Below are positions 29,537-42,087 of a stretch of 64,000 nucleotides of DNA, one piece after another. The notes under the pieces are model-generated. The model ran no database searches and was not told where the DNA came from. It was given only the letters and a program-made list of their open reading frames with translations. Position 1 is the first letter of the stretch; each line of letters opens with the position of its first letter. The position numbers and the translations under genes are program-made. The DNA comes from Setoptus koraiensis (Eukaryota > Animalia > Arthropoda): assembly GCA_048013815.1 (NCBI GenBank), contig CM106585.1, positions 7,316,001-7,380,000 of the forward strand. Direction: 5' to 3'.

Positions 29537-32500
29537 GGCCCAAAATGCCATTAGATATGAGTTGGCTGGCCTCTCATGCTGTAGAGTGATGATTTTGTGG
29601 TGCACACACGAGCCCTCCGACTGGCTAATCCGTTCTTATCCGGCCAGTTCCGCCTGGTGCCCGTTAATGGTCACAGTGTGCGCGTACATGCCTTCGAAAT
29701 GCATCCCTGACAATATATATTGTGAGCCAATACAACTGAGAGAGGCTTGCAATGTGGCCCGGTGTCACGGTATTGGGGGCGAGCGAGCCAATATAGGCCG
29801 GCCCCGGATTGCTCTGTCAGGATATGTTAGCAGCGATAGAGCAAAACAAAGACAGAATGATGATTAAATGGGCACTTGATTGAATCTCAGCAAGAGAGCA
29901 GATATTTTTCTCTTTGGCTCGCCTTGTGTTGCGTGGCCGTTATTGTTGTTGTTGTTGTTTGGGCCAACAGCAGCCATCATCATATCTGTCCACTGACAAG
30001 CGGACAGTGTTGTCTCGACACTGTTGTCGCGCAAGCAATGGTAAAAACATAGACACACAAGAATTATCAATCATTCATACCTTCCGCTTTCTTTCTCATT
30101 TTTGTTGCCCTTCCTTTACTCCACAACTTTACTCTTCAACCCATTGTTCAAGTTACCTGTACACACACACACGCGCGCAAGACCAATAACGACAGCCTAC
30201 TGTTATTATATCTATTGTGCAGTGTCGTTGAGCACAATTTGTAGCCTTATGCCATTTGCTTGCTGATGTTGTCGTTGCTTAACATGGAGCGAGATGATGG
30301 GGCGACCAAAGAAAAGGAATAGATTGCGCAATGGACAACGAAGCCTGTTTGTAATTGCTGGCGACGGCGCCAAAATCAATTCCTCTGTCCCGTTGCAACA
30401 CTGACTTACGTGCGTATAACAGTTATAGTGTCAGCGGTGAACAACATCACCGGGCCACCAAAAACTATTACCATCATACCTTTGGGGCCAAGACGCATTG
30501 TTGCTGTTGCTGTTGTCGTTGTCGTTGTTTTCGCTGGCATTGTGTGACAGTTTAGAGTCTTGACAGAAGCGCACGTGCGCCGTTTTTGGGGTCAGTGGCG
30601 CATACGAGTTGCATCTACACAAACACAAACATACGTAATTGTAGAGACAACAAAGCCCCTTGACAGGCATGTCTCGAGCATGCAAGTCGTTGCAATCAGA
30701 TAGGCCTAGGTGCTCTCATCAATGGCTTAATCATCGCCCATTTAGAGGCGCACATAGCGGCGCACATAGCGGCGCTCATAGCGGCGCTCATAGCGGCGCA
30801 CATAACGGTGCACATAACGGTGCATAAGAGGGCGCCATTAGGGGCTCCAGTTATAATAACGAGAGCCGAGCTGACGGGACTTTGCAATCATCAATTTGCG
30901 TAGGTCGGGCTCATTATTGTTGGGCATGCTCAATGAGCATGTGAGCTCATCTATCAGCAATCACATGCGAGGCGCTCCATCGATGACAAGTGTTCAATTA
31001 TCCGCTGTGCCGGGCCCAATAATGTCCAGTCACAGGGGCTGTGTGTTAGTCGGCGGCGATCATTGTGAGCCAACTGGTCGTGAACAAACGGCGCCACCTC
31101 AATAGATACGGCCCATACATTGGGGCCAACTTATACTTATTATTATTGCGACTCACCATTACGACAAGCAGTTTGTGAAAAGAAGAGCTCGTTACCATGA
31201 CACCAGCTGTATGAGCAGCACGAGTAACAATGGTTGTGTGACACACGTGATAGATTGTGTTCATCTTTCAAATATCTGTGGCTCGCTGAGCCGAGCCGAG
31301 CCGAGCCCCGTTGTAAGCCGCTGCCAGCCGGCCTCACGTAACCTATCGAACGCGTATAAAATCAGACTGTGTGATGTGCGCAAGTGAAACAAGGACTGGC
31401 TGCCACCACTTTGGGGGCTTGTCGAAGAATTGCTCTCTAATAACAATGAGATGAATCTCAATGAAAGTCAGCCGAGCAGCCTGAAACAAAGCGCGCTCCA
31501 AACAACAATTGCAACAACAACCCTGGCCCCGAGGAGGCGGCCCGCTCACACTTCTTTCCGCTGCCATTGTGCTCGGCCATTGTAGAGTGTGTCAATGTGA
31601 ATGGGCCCGACAAGGGGGCCAAATGAACGACGAGACGAGCACAGATGCAATGAAACAAATAGGCCGATGTGTGTGTGCGTATGATGGATGAGTAGCGAGA
31701 ATAGAAACAGGCGGCCAGATTCCGGTGCTGCCATACAACGGGACTGGGGACCGAGCCAAGCCGAACTGAGCCGAGTCGAGCCGAACGGGGGTATGGGGTA
31801 TTTTATCGACGCAATGAGGCGCTCCATTTCCCCCGGGAAGAGTGTCCAACTCTTTCAACTGTTTGCATCGGCGCTTTGCTAGCCGCTGTTGCAAACTTAC
31901 TTTTCGCTTTGCGTTTAGCCCGCCACTCTATCAAGCCCGCAACCACCAGCGGTAACAACAACCGCGCCAGCAACGACAACAACAACAGCAAGCGACGGCA
32001 ACAAGCAGCCACAACAGGCGCCCGCAACCAGCCAAGCGACATTGGCGAGCTAGAGGTGACTGTGGTGGCACGAGATTATAACGTTATCGTATTATCGTGT
32101 CACTTTGTTGACTGCTGCCGACCATCCGAAACTGCTAAATAACTACCGATACTCATAATACAACGACAGCGACAGCGACAACAACAACCACAACAACAAC
32201 AACAGCAATAACGACAACGACAACAGTGCATATATGCCAGTTATTTTAGTCGGACACATGGCCGCAGATATAGATAGATAGATAGATAGATAAATAGAGA
32301 GTTGGATGTTATGTCGTAATATCGTCATGATGTACATAATGTCATAATCATACTTAATCATTCAATTCTCTCTCCCTCTCTCCCTCTTATACTTTGTGTG
32401 CTGCTGTATTCTGCGGTATTATCCGCTGTGCGTCATGTTGTATTGTTGCAACTGCACCCATACATGAACCGATCGATGGACACGGCGGATATTGTGCGTA

Positions 32501-34299
32501 TTGTGGCGCCATTAATCGGATATTACTCGCTCAAACAACTGAACTCGTCTTGTTGTGGCGCGTTTCCCTCAACCGTGCAACACAACAACACAACAACACA
32601 ACGCAACCACCGACAACTAAACGAATATCCACCGATTGAACCGATTGACAACCGGCAACCGACCATCGGCAACCACCCACCGATAACCACGACAAATCAA
32701 ATGACAAATGATTGAAAGTGCAGCGCGCAATATTACAAATCATTTTACCAGCCAACTAGCCATTGAGCCATTGAGCCATTTAGCCATTTAGCCATTTAGC
32801 CAGTAAACATGCACTTGGCCGCCAAGTGAGCCAACAATTGGAGCGAACAATTGAGCCTCAACGCGGCAAACAATAGAAAACAATAGCCAGCCAGCCCAAT
32901 AGCCAGCCAGCCCAACAGCCAGCGGAATAGGCAAGCGAGCAAGCGGCAGACAGATAAATAGTCGCGGTGGCGGTCAGTTGGCCCAAAACAGTGCAGTCTC
33001 AATTGTGCGCTGTCAGGAAGACTGCGGCCTAAAGAAAAACTTTACACTCGATTTACTCAACTACCGATAGGCATCATTCAATGTCTTGACTCGCGCCACT
33101 TCAGCCCAGCGCCAGCCACCACAGCCGCCAGCACAGTTAGCCAGCCAGCCAGAGAGGTGGCTCGGCCAGTCAGAGAGAGAGAGAGAGCAGATCAGCCAAA
33201 GCCAATCAGCTTGCAACCAAAGTGACAAGTTTAGTATAAAAAGGTTGTTGCTGGGACAGCCGCAGTTGGCGCGCCCCCTTCCCACTTCCGTCTCTTGATC
33301 TCTCACTGCAACTTTTGCTGGTTGTTGCATAACACATCACACTTTATACACCGGTCAACTTTTGCACTGTACATTAGACATTGGGCACCATATACATAAA
33401 TAACCACGACAAACAATCAACGACGAGAAGCGTTTCCTGTTAATTAAGCTGTGTCAACGCAACCAAACTAGCTGCCTATCACTGTCACTGTCACCGTTAG
33501 CGCTGCCATGCCAATCTATTTATCACTTACCTATTATCTAGACAGCTTTTGTGTATTGATGGGTATCCATTGAAGGGCAGTCGCAGTGGTAGTAGCAGCG
33601 AGCGCAACTGCAACAAACAACATTGGACACTTTATTCTATTTCTCGTAGCTCGTCGAGCTACAACCAATTCACATTGCGATATATCGCACACACGTACAC
33701 TGGTTGCAACATTGCACATTGCAAGAACGCCTCGTGCAACAACAACAACGGCCAAGCCAATATCAAATAGAGGCCCCATTTACATATTCACAATCTATAT
33801 AATTAGCACAAATCATATATAATCCCCATCGCGTTGGCCCCATTATTTATTTTGGCCAATATTCACCCTAATCTCATTTACTTTGTTCTATATATTGTAT
33901 AGAAGCGGCAGTGCACCAGTAGTGAAGCTACACATCAGCAAGCCGACATCAAGCGAGCAGAAAGCAATCAAATTTGTCCACTTACACTATTGGCGCTGCT
34001 ACACTGTTGTTGTGATTGTAAACTCATATGATTGCTCCCCACTCTGCATTACTAATCATATTGATCTCTGATTATCTAATTGCATCTAGTAGCGGATTAT
34101 ATACAATCACTTAACACACACGCACACACACACACACAACCAATTGACGAGTCATACTATTGAGTGATAAGCCCTCAAACAAGATCAGCGCCTAGCGACC
34201 CAATCTGCGTGTCGCCCGGCGGGACCTCTCAATACAGTTGACCGGCCGTCTATGTGCTGTATGTGTTGTATGTTTCCCATGCGCGACATTAGCGCAGCC

Positions 34300-35361
34300 A
34301 TGATGTCCAAAAAGGGCCTATTGAAATTTGTTAAATTTACTGTTATATTTAGTAACGCTTTTGGTTTTATATTAGCCATTTTCTTGGGCCTATTTGGTAT
34401 CGCCTATCCAGATAAGCATTTTCCGTTGAGTTACAAAGGCAGAGAGATGGCATTGTGTTCTGTTTTTTGTATGCTGTTCACCGCTTTTGGTTATTGCGGT
34501 GCCAGCAGGCATAGTAGAGTGTTGTTGATCATATATGGTTCCACTAATATATTAATTGTTGTAGTTGTTGTTATCACTTGGGTTCTATTTAAAGAGAACT
34601 CCATAGTGGGCAACAAAGAGATTGGTAGTATGTTTATAACGTCGCTAGGTACAACAATTGCCATTATGTGTCTATTTTCGCTGATATTGGCCTATCACAT
34701 AAAGACATTTAAGAGCCATGACCACAACGGTCTCAATTCGCACTCGCAGCAATTATTACAACAAACAACGGCATTCCTTTATCATCAACACCAACAACAA
34801 CAACAACAGCAGCAACAGCAACAACAACAACAGCAGCAGCAACAACAACAACAGCAACAACAACAACAACAACAGCAATTACTTAAACACCAACAACCAT
34901 CTCCACAACAGGTGCAACAACAGCAACAACAACAAATGAGTCAGCAGCATGCATTGATAGCAGTGCCTATAAACTCGGCGACGATGCCACCCCCGCAAAC
35001 GTCGCCTCCACAAGTGCCGCCCCAGACTCAACGCCAACAAGCAGTGATACCTCCGCCGCCTCCATCCGCTTATGGCTTGCCACCGCCGCCTTTGCCGCTG
35101 CAACAACAACAACTACAGTCGATTCCTCCGCCTCATCAGCATATGCCCAATCAAGCGCCTCAAGTGCAGCCTTCCAAACAGCAACAACGATCACACCATT
35201 CGCACCATCATCATCAACAACAGCAACAACAACATCATCACCATCATCACCATCAACAACAACAGGTAAATTCTTTAGGCAATAATGCAACCGGCACAAA
35301 TACGAGGAATCCAGCTTGTCCAGTACAATATTGTACATTCCAATGCGACAGAACAGTTTGA
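34300..35361 (+). CDS. Tetraspanin-like 4-TM protein lacking the large extracellular loop, with a long Q/P/H-rich C-terminal tail; single exon (ORF open from 34252)
   Basis: KFVKFTVIFSNAFGFILAIFLGLFGI resembles tetraspanin TM1. FTAFGYCGASRHSRVLLIIY matches the TM2-GCCGA-xxESxxLL-TM3 signature. There are four hydrophobic segments, then poly-Q, poly-P and poly-H tracts. Confidence 0.75.
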   Translation: MMSKKGLLKFVKFTVIFSNAFGFILAIFLGLFGIAYPDKHFPLSYKGREMALCSVFCMLFTAFGYCGASRHSRVLLIIYGSTNILIVVVVVITWVLFKENSIVGNKEIGSMFITSLGTTIAIMCLFSLILAYHIKTFKSHDHNGLNSHSQQLLQQTTAFLYHQHQQQQQQQQQQQQQQQQQQQQQQQQQQQQQLLKHQQPSPQQVQQQQQQQMSQQHALIAVPINSATMPPPQTSPPQVPPQTQRQQAVIPPPPPSAYGLPPPPLPLQQQQLQSIPPPHQHMPNQAPQVQPSKQQQRSHHSHHHHQQQQQQHHHHHHHQQQQVNSLGNNATGTNTRNPACPVQYCTFQCDRTV

Positions 35362-36026
35362 TATCACTTTCTCACTCTAACACACACACACACATAACAT
35401 ATATTTTATTGATATACACAAGTCTATATATATATAAATATATTTAGATATCCACAATATAGACAATTAAAGCAACTCTTGTATAGGTCGGAAATGAGCA
35501 GAGTCTATTATTTTATAATAATGTCATGCCACTATGCAAACACTCACACAATTGGCATAGCCATACAATCGGTAAAATTGTGGTAATGATGGAAGGGAGG
35601 ACAGGTCGGTGGTCCAAATAACAGGATATGATTTATAATAAGCTCATCATTCAATTTGGAGTCATGTAACCAAAACAATATCAACAATACTAGAACGATA
35701 TATGCACCTTTCATAATGAACATCTCATGACTCAAATCTATCGCAATCGTCGTCAAGCTCAGTCAAGCACAGATCCAGTGTTTTCGTAGAATTAATAATT
35801 GAACACCACCATCAATCAATAATAGGTATTAAAATGTAATCTATCTAGAGTCATGTTAATTAGAAATTTTAAGTTATGAAATATAGTATTGTAATTATGT
35901 AACTGAATATTTACAACCAGCTTTATATACATGTACATTTGTTTATTCGTGCATGGTCACAATAACCATCTCGCACATCTTTCGTACTTACATTGTTTTG
36001 CCACTAACTAATCAAAACTGTGATGA

Positions 36027-39000
36027 TCATCGCAACAACCTCTCCTCAAATGTTGCCATAAGGTCACTCTGTCTATTTAGATCAATCTGACCTGCTAGAT
36101 TTTCACGCCTACGACGCTCCATCTCTCTTAGTTGCTGGATAGAGTTTCCATTTGAGCTGTTACCACCAAGGCCTGAAGCAGAAGCTGGCGATTGCGAGCC
36201 TGAGTTTGGCGAGAGTACAGGAGAGCCTTCGACTCTACTAGTTAGGGATTCCAGAGCGGCATTTTCTTCGCGCTCTTTCTTTTTATCCATCTCGATACGT
36301 TCGCGCTCTTTATCTTCTTGCTCCTTCTGCCGCCTTCTAATCTCTTGTTGTTCCGACAATTGCCTTTGTTTCTCTTGCTTTTCTTTGGCTTGTTTTTTAA
36401 ATTGCTGAAAACTATTCTGAGCTGTGAGCTGGATATTAGTTGAAGAGGGTCCTGTTACGGCAGTTGGCGTAAGAGGTTGATTACTGAGGGCGTTGATTGA
36501 GGTCGCGGGGGGCTGCTGCTGTGTTGAGGCTGTCAATGATTTGACAAACATATTTGTTGACTCAGCGAGCGTAAGTGTCCCTTCATTGTTGGAATTGTTA
36601 TTACTATTGTTGTTGTTATTATTGTTGGGGTTACTGTTGCCGCTGTTGCTAGTAGTGTTGTTGGGATTGCTGTTGCTGGTGCTGTTGGTGTTGGTATTGA
36701 TGCCACTGTTGTTGTTATTCTTTTGCTCTGTTGGCTGCGATTCGGATTCAGAATCACTGCTGTCGGAAGAGCTACTTGAGCCGGAGCTAGAGCTACTGTC
36801 AGAATCACTTGAACTTGAGCTACTGGCACTTAGTCGATCGGCCCCAACCATATCCGCATGTGAATTCTCCGAATCTGTAAAATTGTAAGGATCTGTAGGT
36901 GAGTATTGATAGCATATATACAAATATTTTAGGCAAAGTGTAGTCTCCGAAGTCATCTTTAAGAAGCCAAAGCTATTTGTATCGATCCTACAACAATTAA
37001 CATCTTACTGATTCAGATGAAACTATTGAGTCACTTCAACAAGGATGCGGTAGACTATTGGGGGAAACTTACCTCTCTTCGAATTCTCTGATTTGCCTGC
37101 ATTCAGGTCAGTAACCTTCTTCTCAGGATCTCTCTGGACTTTGGATGATTGATCTTTAGAGGCCGCTTGCGCTACCTTATTTTTCACTGCTGCAATGTCC
37201 GAACAAAATCAGGATTCAGATAATTGTAAAGTAAAAAATTTATAGAAGTTGTGAATGCCCTCGTGTAGATACAACTAAAAATAATTAACAACCAAATGAA
37301 TCTCACGATAAATTTGGTGGTCAAGTATTGGAATTGTATATTCCATAATATATAAATAGAAATCTTACAATTTGGTATCCTTCCCCTTTTCTTTTTTAGA
37401 CACGATGCCACGTAGCTCTCTAGTTCTCTTAGAGTTGAGGGCTTCAGGGTCTCGAAGTCTATTTCAATCTCATCGGGGTCAGAATCACGTAGAGAAGGTT
37501 CCCTACTCTGGATGATATGCACAACTTTACCAAGTTTGTCGCCTGGTTTATGGGAATGAAAGTAAAGATATGTCAGTTAAGATAAAAATTGAGAGTAGGT
37601 ATATCGTATTAGTGATATTCAAAATGTACATACCAGGCAACTTATTGATGTCGAAACTCAATTGCCGCTTCTCATCATAAGTCATAGGTCTCGCATTATC
37701 CTCTTCTTCTGAATCAAATGCTGTCGTTGGTGGTCGGTTGCTACTATTTTTATTAGATTTGCTATTAGTTCGCTGCCTTTTGACGGGCTGACCAGATTTC
37801 CCACTTACAGACCTCTTTTGGCCAGCATTTCTGAGCTTTCCTTTTCCACCGCCTCCAGGTCCATCATCTATAGTGATAACTCCGGAACCAGAAAGAACTG
37901 AAGCAGTATTAGATAAGCCGCCTTGACCCAGTTGAGAATGAGGCATAAATTGAGCAGTAGTTTCTCCTATGGTCCTCCTTGTTTCTCGAAGACTGTCGCG
38001 AAGACTAGATTTACCCTTCCTCCTTCCTCGTTTTTTAGTTGATCTATTCCTGATTGAATTGAGAATTACTTCGATGTCTTCTTGTGCCTTTTTCAAAGTA
38101 CTATGCAATCTTACAAGATTAGCCACGTGTGCTTCACTGTCACTTTCGGATTCTTCTCCTGATGAACTTTCCGAAGCGCTTGATTCATCTGAGCCTTCTG
38201 ATTCGTCACTTTTATCAGAGCCTTCTGGCATCTTAGCATACTTAAGTTCAAAGAATTCCTGAAGCTTCCTAGCACATTTATTGACATCGTGTTCAGTAGG
38301 GTTGTATTTGTAACTATTTGAGAACATCAACCTAACGTCTGCGGCGAATTGTTCGGGCTTTTTATATTCGCGATTGTCCATCTTTTGTTTAATAGTACCT
38401 AAGTCCATCGGATGTTTTATCACTTGATGGTAGTCTTTCAATCCAAAAAACTCAGCATCTACTGGATTGAGGAAGGGCCATGCGTATTCGAACATTTTCT
38501 TAGAAAGTAACTCCTTCAAAATACTGGAGCAAAATTTCATACGCTCGGACATGCGGCCCTTTCTAGGTTTTGATTGTATTGGCTGAGTTTCAGGTAGATC
38601 CTTAGAAGGCTTCTTGATGGGACGGCCGCTTTCGCGTCTTGTAGACATTTTAGAGGGTCTCTGCTTGGATTGTTCGTGGGGTAGTGGTTGAGGTGCAGAA
38701 TGATGATGGTTATGATGTTGTTGATTGGGAGCAATGACACTAGCCGTTGATGATCTTAGATGCGCTTTGCTCAGTGTTGATGGATCGGGGGATAATTGAG
38801 ATGGAGGGGCTAAATTTAGTGAATTGTCTAGATTTTCGCTATGATTGCTGAGATGGCTTTGCAAATGGGGCGGCGGCACGGCTGGCACAATGTTGCTATT
38901 ACTATCAGAACTTGTATTGGCAGATGATTTAACTGGACCAATCACTGATCCAGCCGGAGTATCAGGTAGAATAGTAGGTTTTATGTTGTTGGCTAAGCCC

Positions 39001-40115
39001 GGTGTTGTGGTGCTATTACTCATAGTATTTGTTGTTTGATTATCTGGAGGGTAATGGGTCATTGATTGATTGGACGTCGATAAAGCAGGTGACATTGGAT
39101 CTTGACTCAATGAGATATCAGAATTTATCGACATTGCATTCGTTGAAGAAGATCTATTTTTAATCATGGCCGCATTAGGTGGAATTTTGCCGCGTTTTCC
39201 TTTCTTTTTACCTTTAGATAATTTAGGTGGTGGCATTTCTATTTCAATCTCTTCTAATGGCATATCCTCTAATTTAGCGAGAAAGGTCTGTTCAACGGAT
39301 CTCGACATCATGACAACATCCTCAGTTGGCTTATTATATAAATAACAATTGGCGAATATAGTTTTGAAATCATCAATACATTCTGCAGCATCATAATACC
39401 AAAAGTTCTCTAACCTTTTTCTGATGGTTGCAAAATCCATGGGACGTTTAATAATAGTGTGATAATCAGGTAGAGCTAATGCTTTAGTATCCACGGGCTG
39501 TGAGAGGGGCCAAGAATATTGGTGATTACATGCGGCTTTAAGAGCAACCTTGAGCAAATATTGTAATTGATTTGTATTACGGTGTGGCTTGCCTTCAGGC
39601 GGCACCGTGGGCGGCCAAACCTTGCCATTTTGCGGCTCTGGCGATGCATATTCGTAACGGGGCCTATCTAATACAGCATCGTCCAAATATTTGTGACAAA
39701 AGATACTCTTGTATTCTAGCTTCGGATTTGGTGGGGGCATTGGATTTGCTGCTGTGGCGGCTGCTGCTGGAACTGACTGCAGTTGATTATTAATATTATT
39801 ATTATTATTGTTGTTGTTATTATTATTATTTATGTTATTAATATTAGCAGTATTTGTATTAATAGGTGTTGTTGTTGTATTGTTGTTGTTTCCTTTAATC
39901 TGGGAGGATGGTGCAATAGTTGAATGGTGAGGATGAGGTGAAGAATTGTGTAAAATATTATTACAATTCGTGGCGGCCGATGATGAAGAATTATTAGTAG
40001 TAGGTGCTGTTGCTGATGATGATAATGCGCTCGATTGTTGGCTACTACTACTATTACCACTATTATTGGTAACTGGCGTTTGATGGGAATTAATTATATG
40101 ATTCATTGTTATCAT
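36027..40115 (-). CDS. fs(1)h: BET bromodomain protein (fs(1)h / BRD2-3-4 orthologue); exons 40115-37634, 37542-37369, 37189-37073, 36874-36027
   Basis: BD1 ([35 protein letters not shown]), BD2 ([26 protein letters not shown]), ET domain ([62 protein letters not shown]) and C-terminal motif ([24 protein letters not shown]). Three GT-AG introns keep the frame. Alternative in-frame acceptors are possible (NAGNAG at exon 3; 36892 for exon 4). Confidence 0.96.
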
Positions 40116-40572
40116 GGTCTAATGTAATATTTAGAGGTAATAATAGCGAGGAAGAAATAATAATAGTATTTCGGCCACATTACTAAATACGTGGTTATGA
40201 GACGCCCGTTTTGTGATGTTAATAATAATAATAAGAATAAGAATAATAATGATATAATATATAATAATATAATAATAATAATGTAAAATAATAATAATTT
40301 GATAATAATTATCGTTGGCTACTTTCTCTGCCTTTGCCTTTGCCTCTGCTTTGGCCTGTGCCTGTGCCTCTCTCCGACTATTCCTCTCTCTCACCCTTCA
40401 ATATTATATCTATATATCCAGTAGTATCAGTATTAGCAATAGTAGTAGTATACGTTTGTTTGTGCATCTCTCCTCACACTCACACACATTTTGTGCACTT
40501 CTGTGCACAACCAGAACACATAGTGGGATCATCAACTCGAATTTTGGCGGCATTCATCTGGTGTAAACGTGC

Positions 40573-40582
40573 GCGCATGCGC
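40573..40582. promoter_or_regulatory. NRF1/Erect-wing-type palindrome GCGCATGCGC upstream of the BET gene
   Basis: Exact palindrome matching the NRF1 consensus, about 460 bp 5' of the BET start codon. Function is untested. Confidence 0.35.
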
Positions 40583-42087
40583 TCTAGGTGCACATGTTGC
40601 CGTTGAATCTAATGAGCACACGCCCGCCTCTGCCTCGGCCATGCTAAGCAACTCATGCAACAAAATTTCACATTTCAATTAGTGTGGCTGTGAGCGCACA
40701 AAGCGCACAAATACATCAGATGCACAAGTCAACGCATATGCTGTTGTGCGTCTTGTACGTCGTGTGAGGTGGCGCTCTGATGCGATTGCTGCGGTGCGCT
40801 GCTTTTTATGAACACGCTGGATTCCCAAATCGCACCATTAACATTGCAATGCTTGACGGAGAGTAGGGCTGCGGTTAGTGCTCAACAATCAAAGCTGTAG
40901 TATTCACATAAGAGTATCTTCAAATCTAGGTCTGCGCAGCGACATGATCCTAGTGGCGTGTCCGAGACTGTTACTAAACAGTGGCGCCCCTACCGGAGAC
41001 TACTACAAGTACATACGCGCTTGCACAGAACTGTAACTGCACATCTGTTACAAGATGCAGCTCCGCACAGCACATGCTCTCTGCTGGCAAGAGCTGGTGT
41101 TAAAGTACTGTGTCAGCCACTGTTACCGCTTGTATAGGGTGGAGCAAGCAACTGAGCCATTTTCTACTGTTTATGCTACGCTGCCTTCCACAGTGCATTT
41201 TCTGCACACACACACTGCGCGCTGCTTGGAAGTGCCCAATGTGCACCGATGTTTCAAGAAATATCCAACAGAGGCGCTGCTCACACTTTGTTCAACGAAG
41301 AATGCACTGCAGCGCCGCCCTCGCGGACCTTTTTAAACTAATATAGGTGCATCAGAAAAACCCGTGCTTACTCAAATCGCACAGTTCCTGCGTAAGCAAG
41401 ACTTTGAGCGTGTTTAGCTCCACGGTACAACACAAGCACACAATACTACTTTGCACTCTCTGTGCTTGTGCGCTGCACAGGAGCTTTTGGACTATGCTGG
41501 CTTGCTTGCTCCACCCTATAGCTCGCACCTCTCCTAAAATAAAATCCGGAAGGCGGCGCTGACAGCTTTCCATAATCAGTGTGAGCGAAAGGCAGCCACT
41601 TGTGAAAAGTAATCACCTGCGGGATTGCGAACCGGCAAGCAGGCAACGCGCCTCCCTGCGACGAAACGCTGTCAAGTTTGTATGAAACTTTGTGCTTCTA
41701 TACTTATTCTGTTCGCGCTTTCCGATTCATAATTGCAAAGTTCATTTTTGCACCGTGAGGACTGCGAGGGGGGTATATGTATGCACACATATGTTCCAAG
41801 TGTCACGTTGTTTATTTCGATTCACAGGTCAGTTGAGCACCCATTCTAGGAGATGAACGATCGTGATTTTTAACGTGAGATGGCACATCGACGGTTCACA
41901 GCGAATCTGCTCCCCGCTCCCCATGGGGAGCCTCCCCCTCCCCACCGGGGGCAAATGCTCCCCGAGCCTGCTCCCAGCTCCCGCCGGGTAGCGGGGAGGC
42001 TCCCCCGATGACTAGCGGCACCGACGGGTCGGTGACAATTCTTAGAATGACTATTCTTCGAACGACAATTCTTCGAATGGACATATC

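Larger units (their letters stand above)
1..34250. other. Gene-poor, apparently non-coding region rich in (CAA)n, (GT)n and (GA)n microsatellites, short minisatellites and GGGCCC motifs
   Basis: No ORF in the track resembles a known protein here. The long ORFs are translations of simple repeats (poly-N/T/C, CVCV, THTH). Confidence 0.6.

Noticed and set aside
284-34071. Numerous 60-200-aa ORFs in the desert
   Set aside because: They have no recognisable domains, and many are translations of microsatellites or GC-rich stop-poor DNA in several frames at once.
35350-35361. PDZ-binding motif at the tetraspanin-like C-terminus (DRTV)
   Set aside because: A class I motif needs Ser/Thr at position -2; here it is Arg.
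35544-35756. 70-aa minus-strand ORF with a hydrophobic stretch
   Set aside because: It lies just downstream of BET in AT-rich UTR-like sequence and has no homology clue.
36493-36888. Leu-rich plus-strand ORF resembling a membrane protein
   Set aside because: It is the antisense shadow of the Ser/Asn-rich low-complexity part of BET exon 4.
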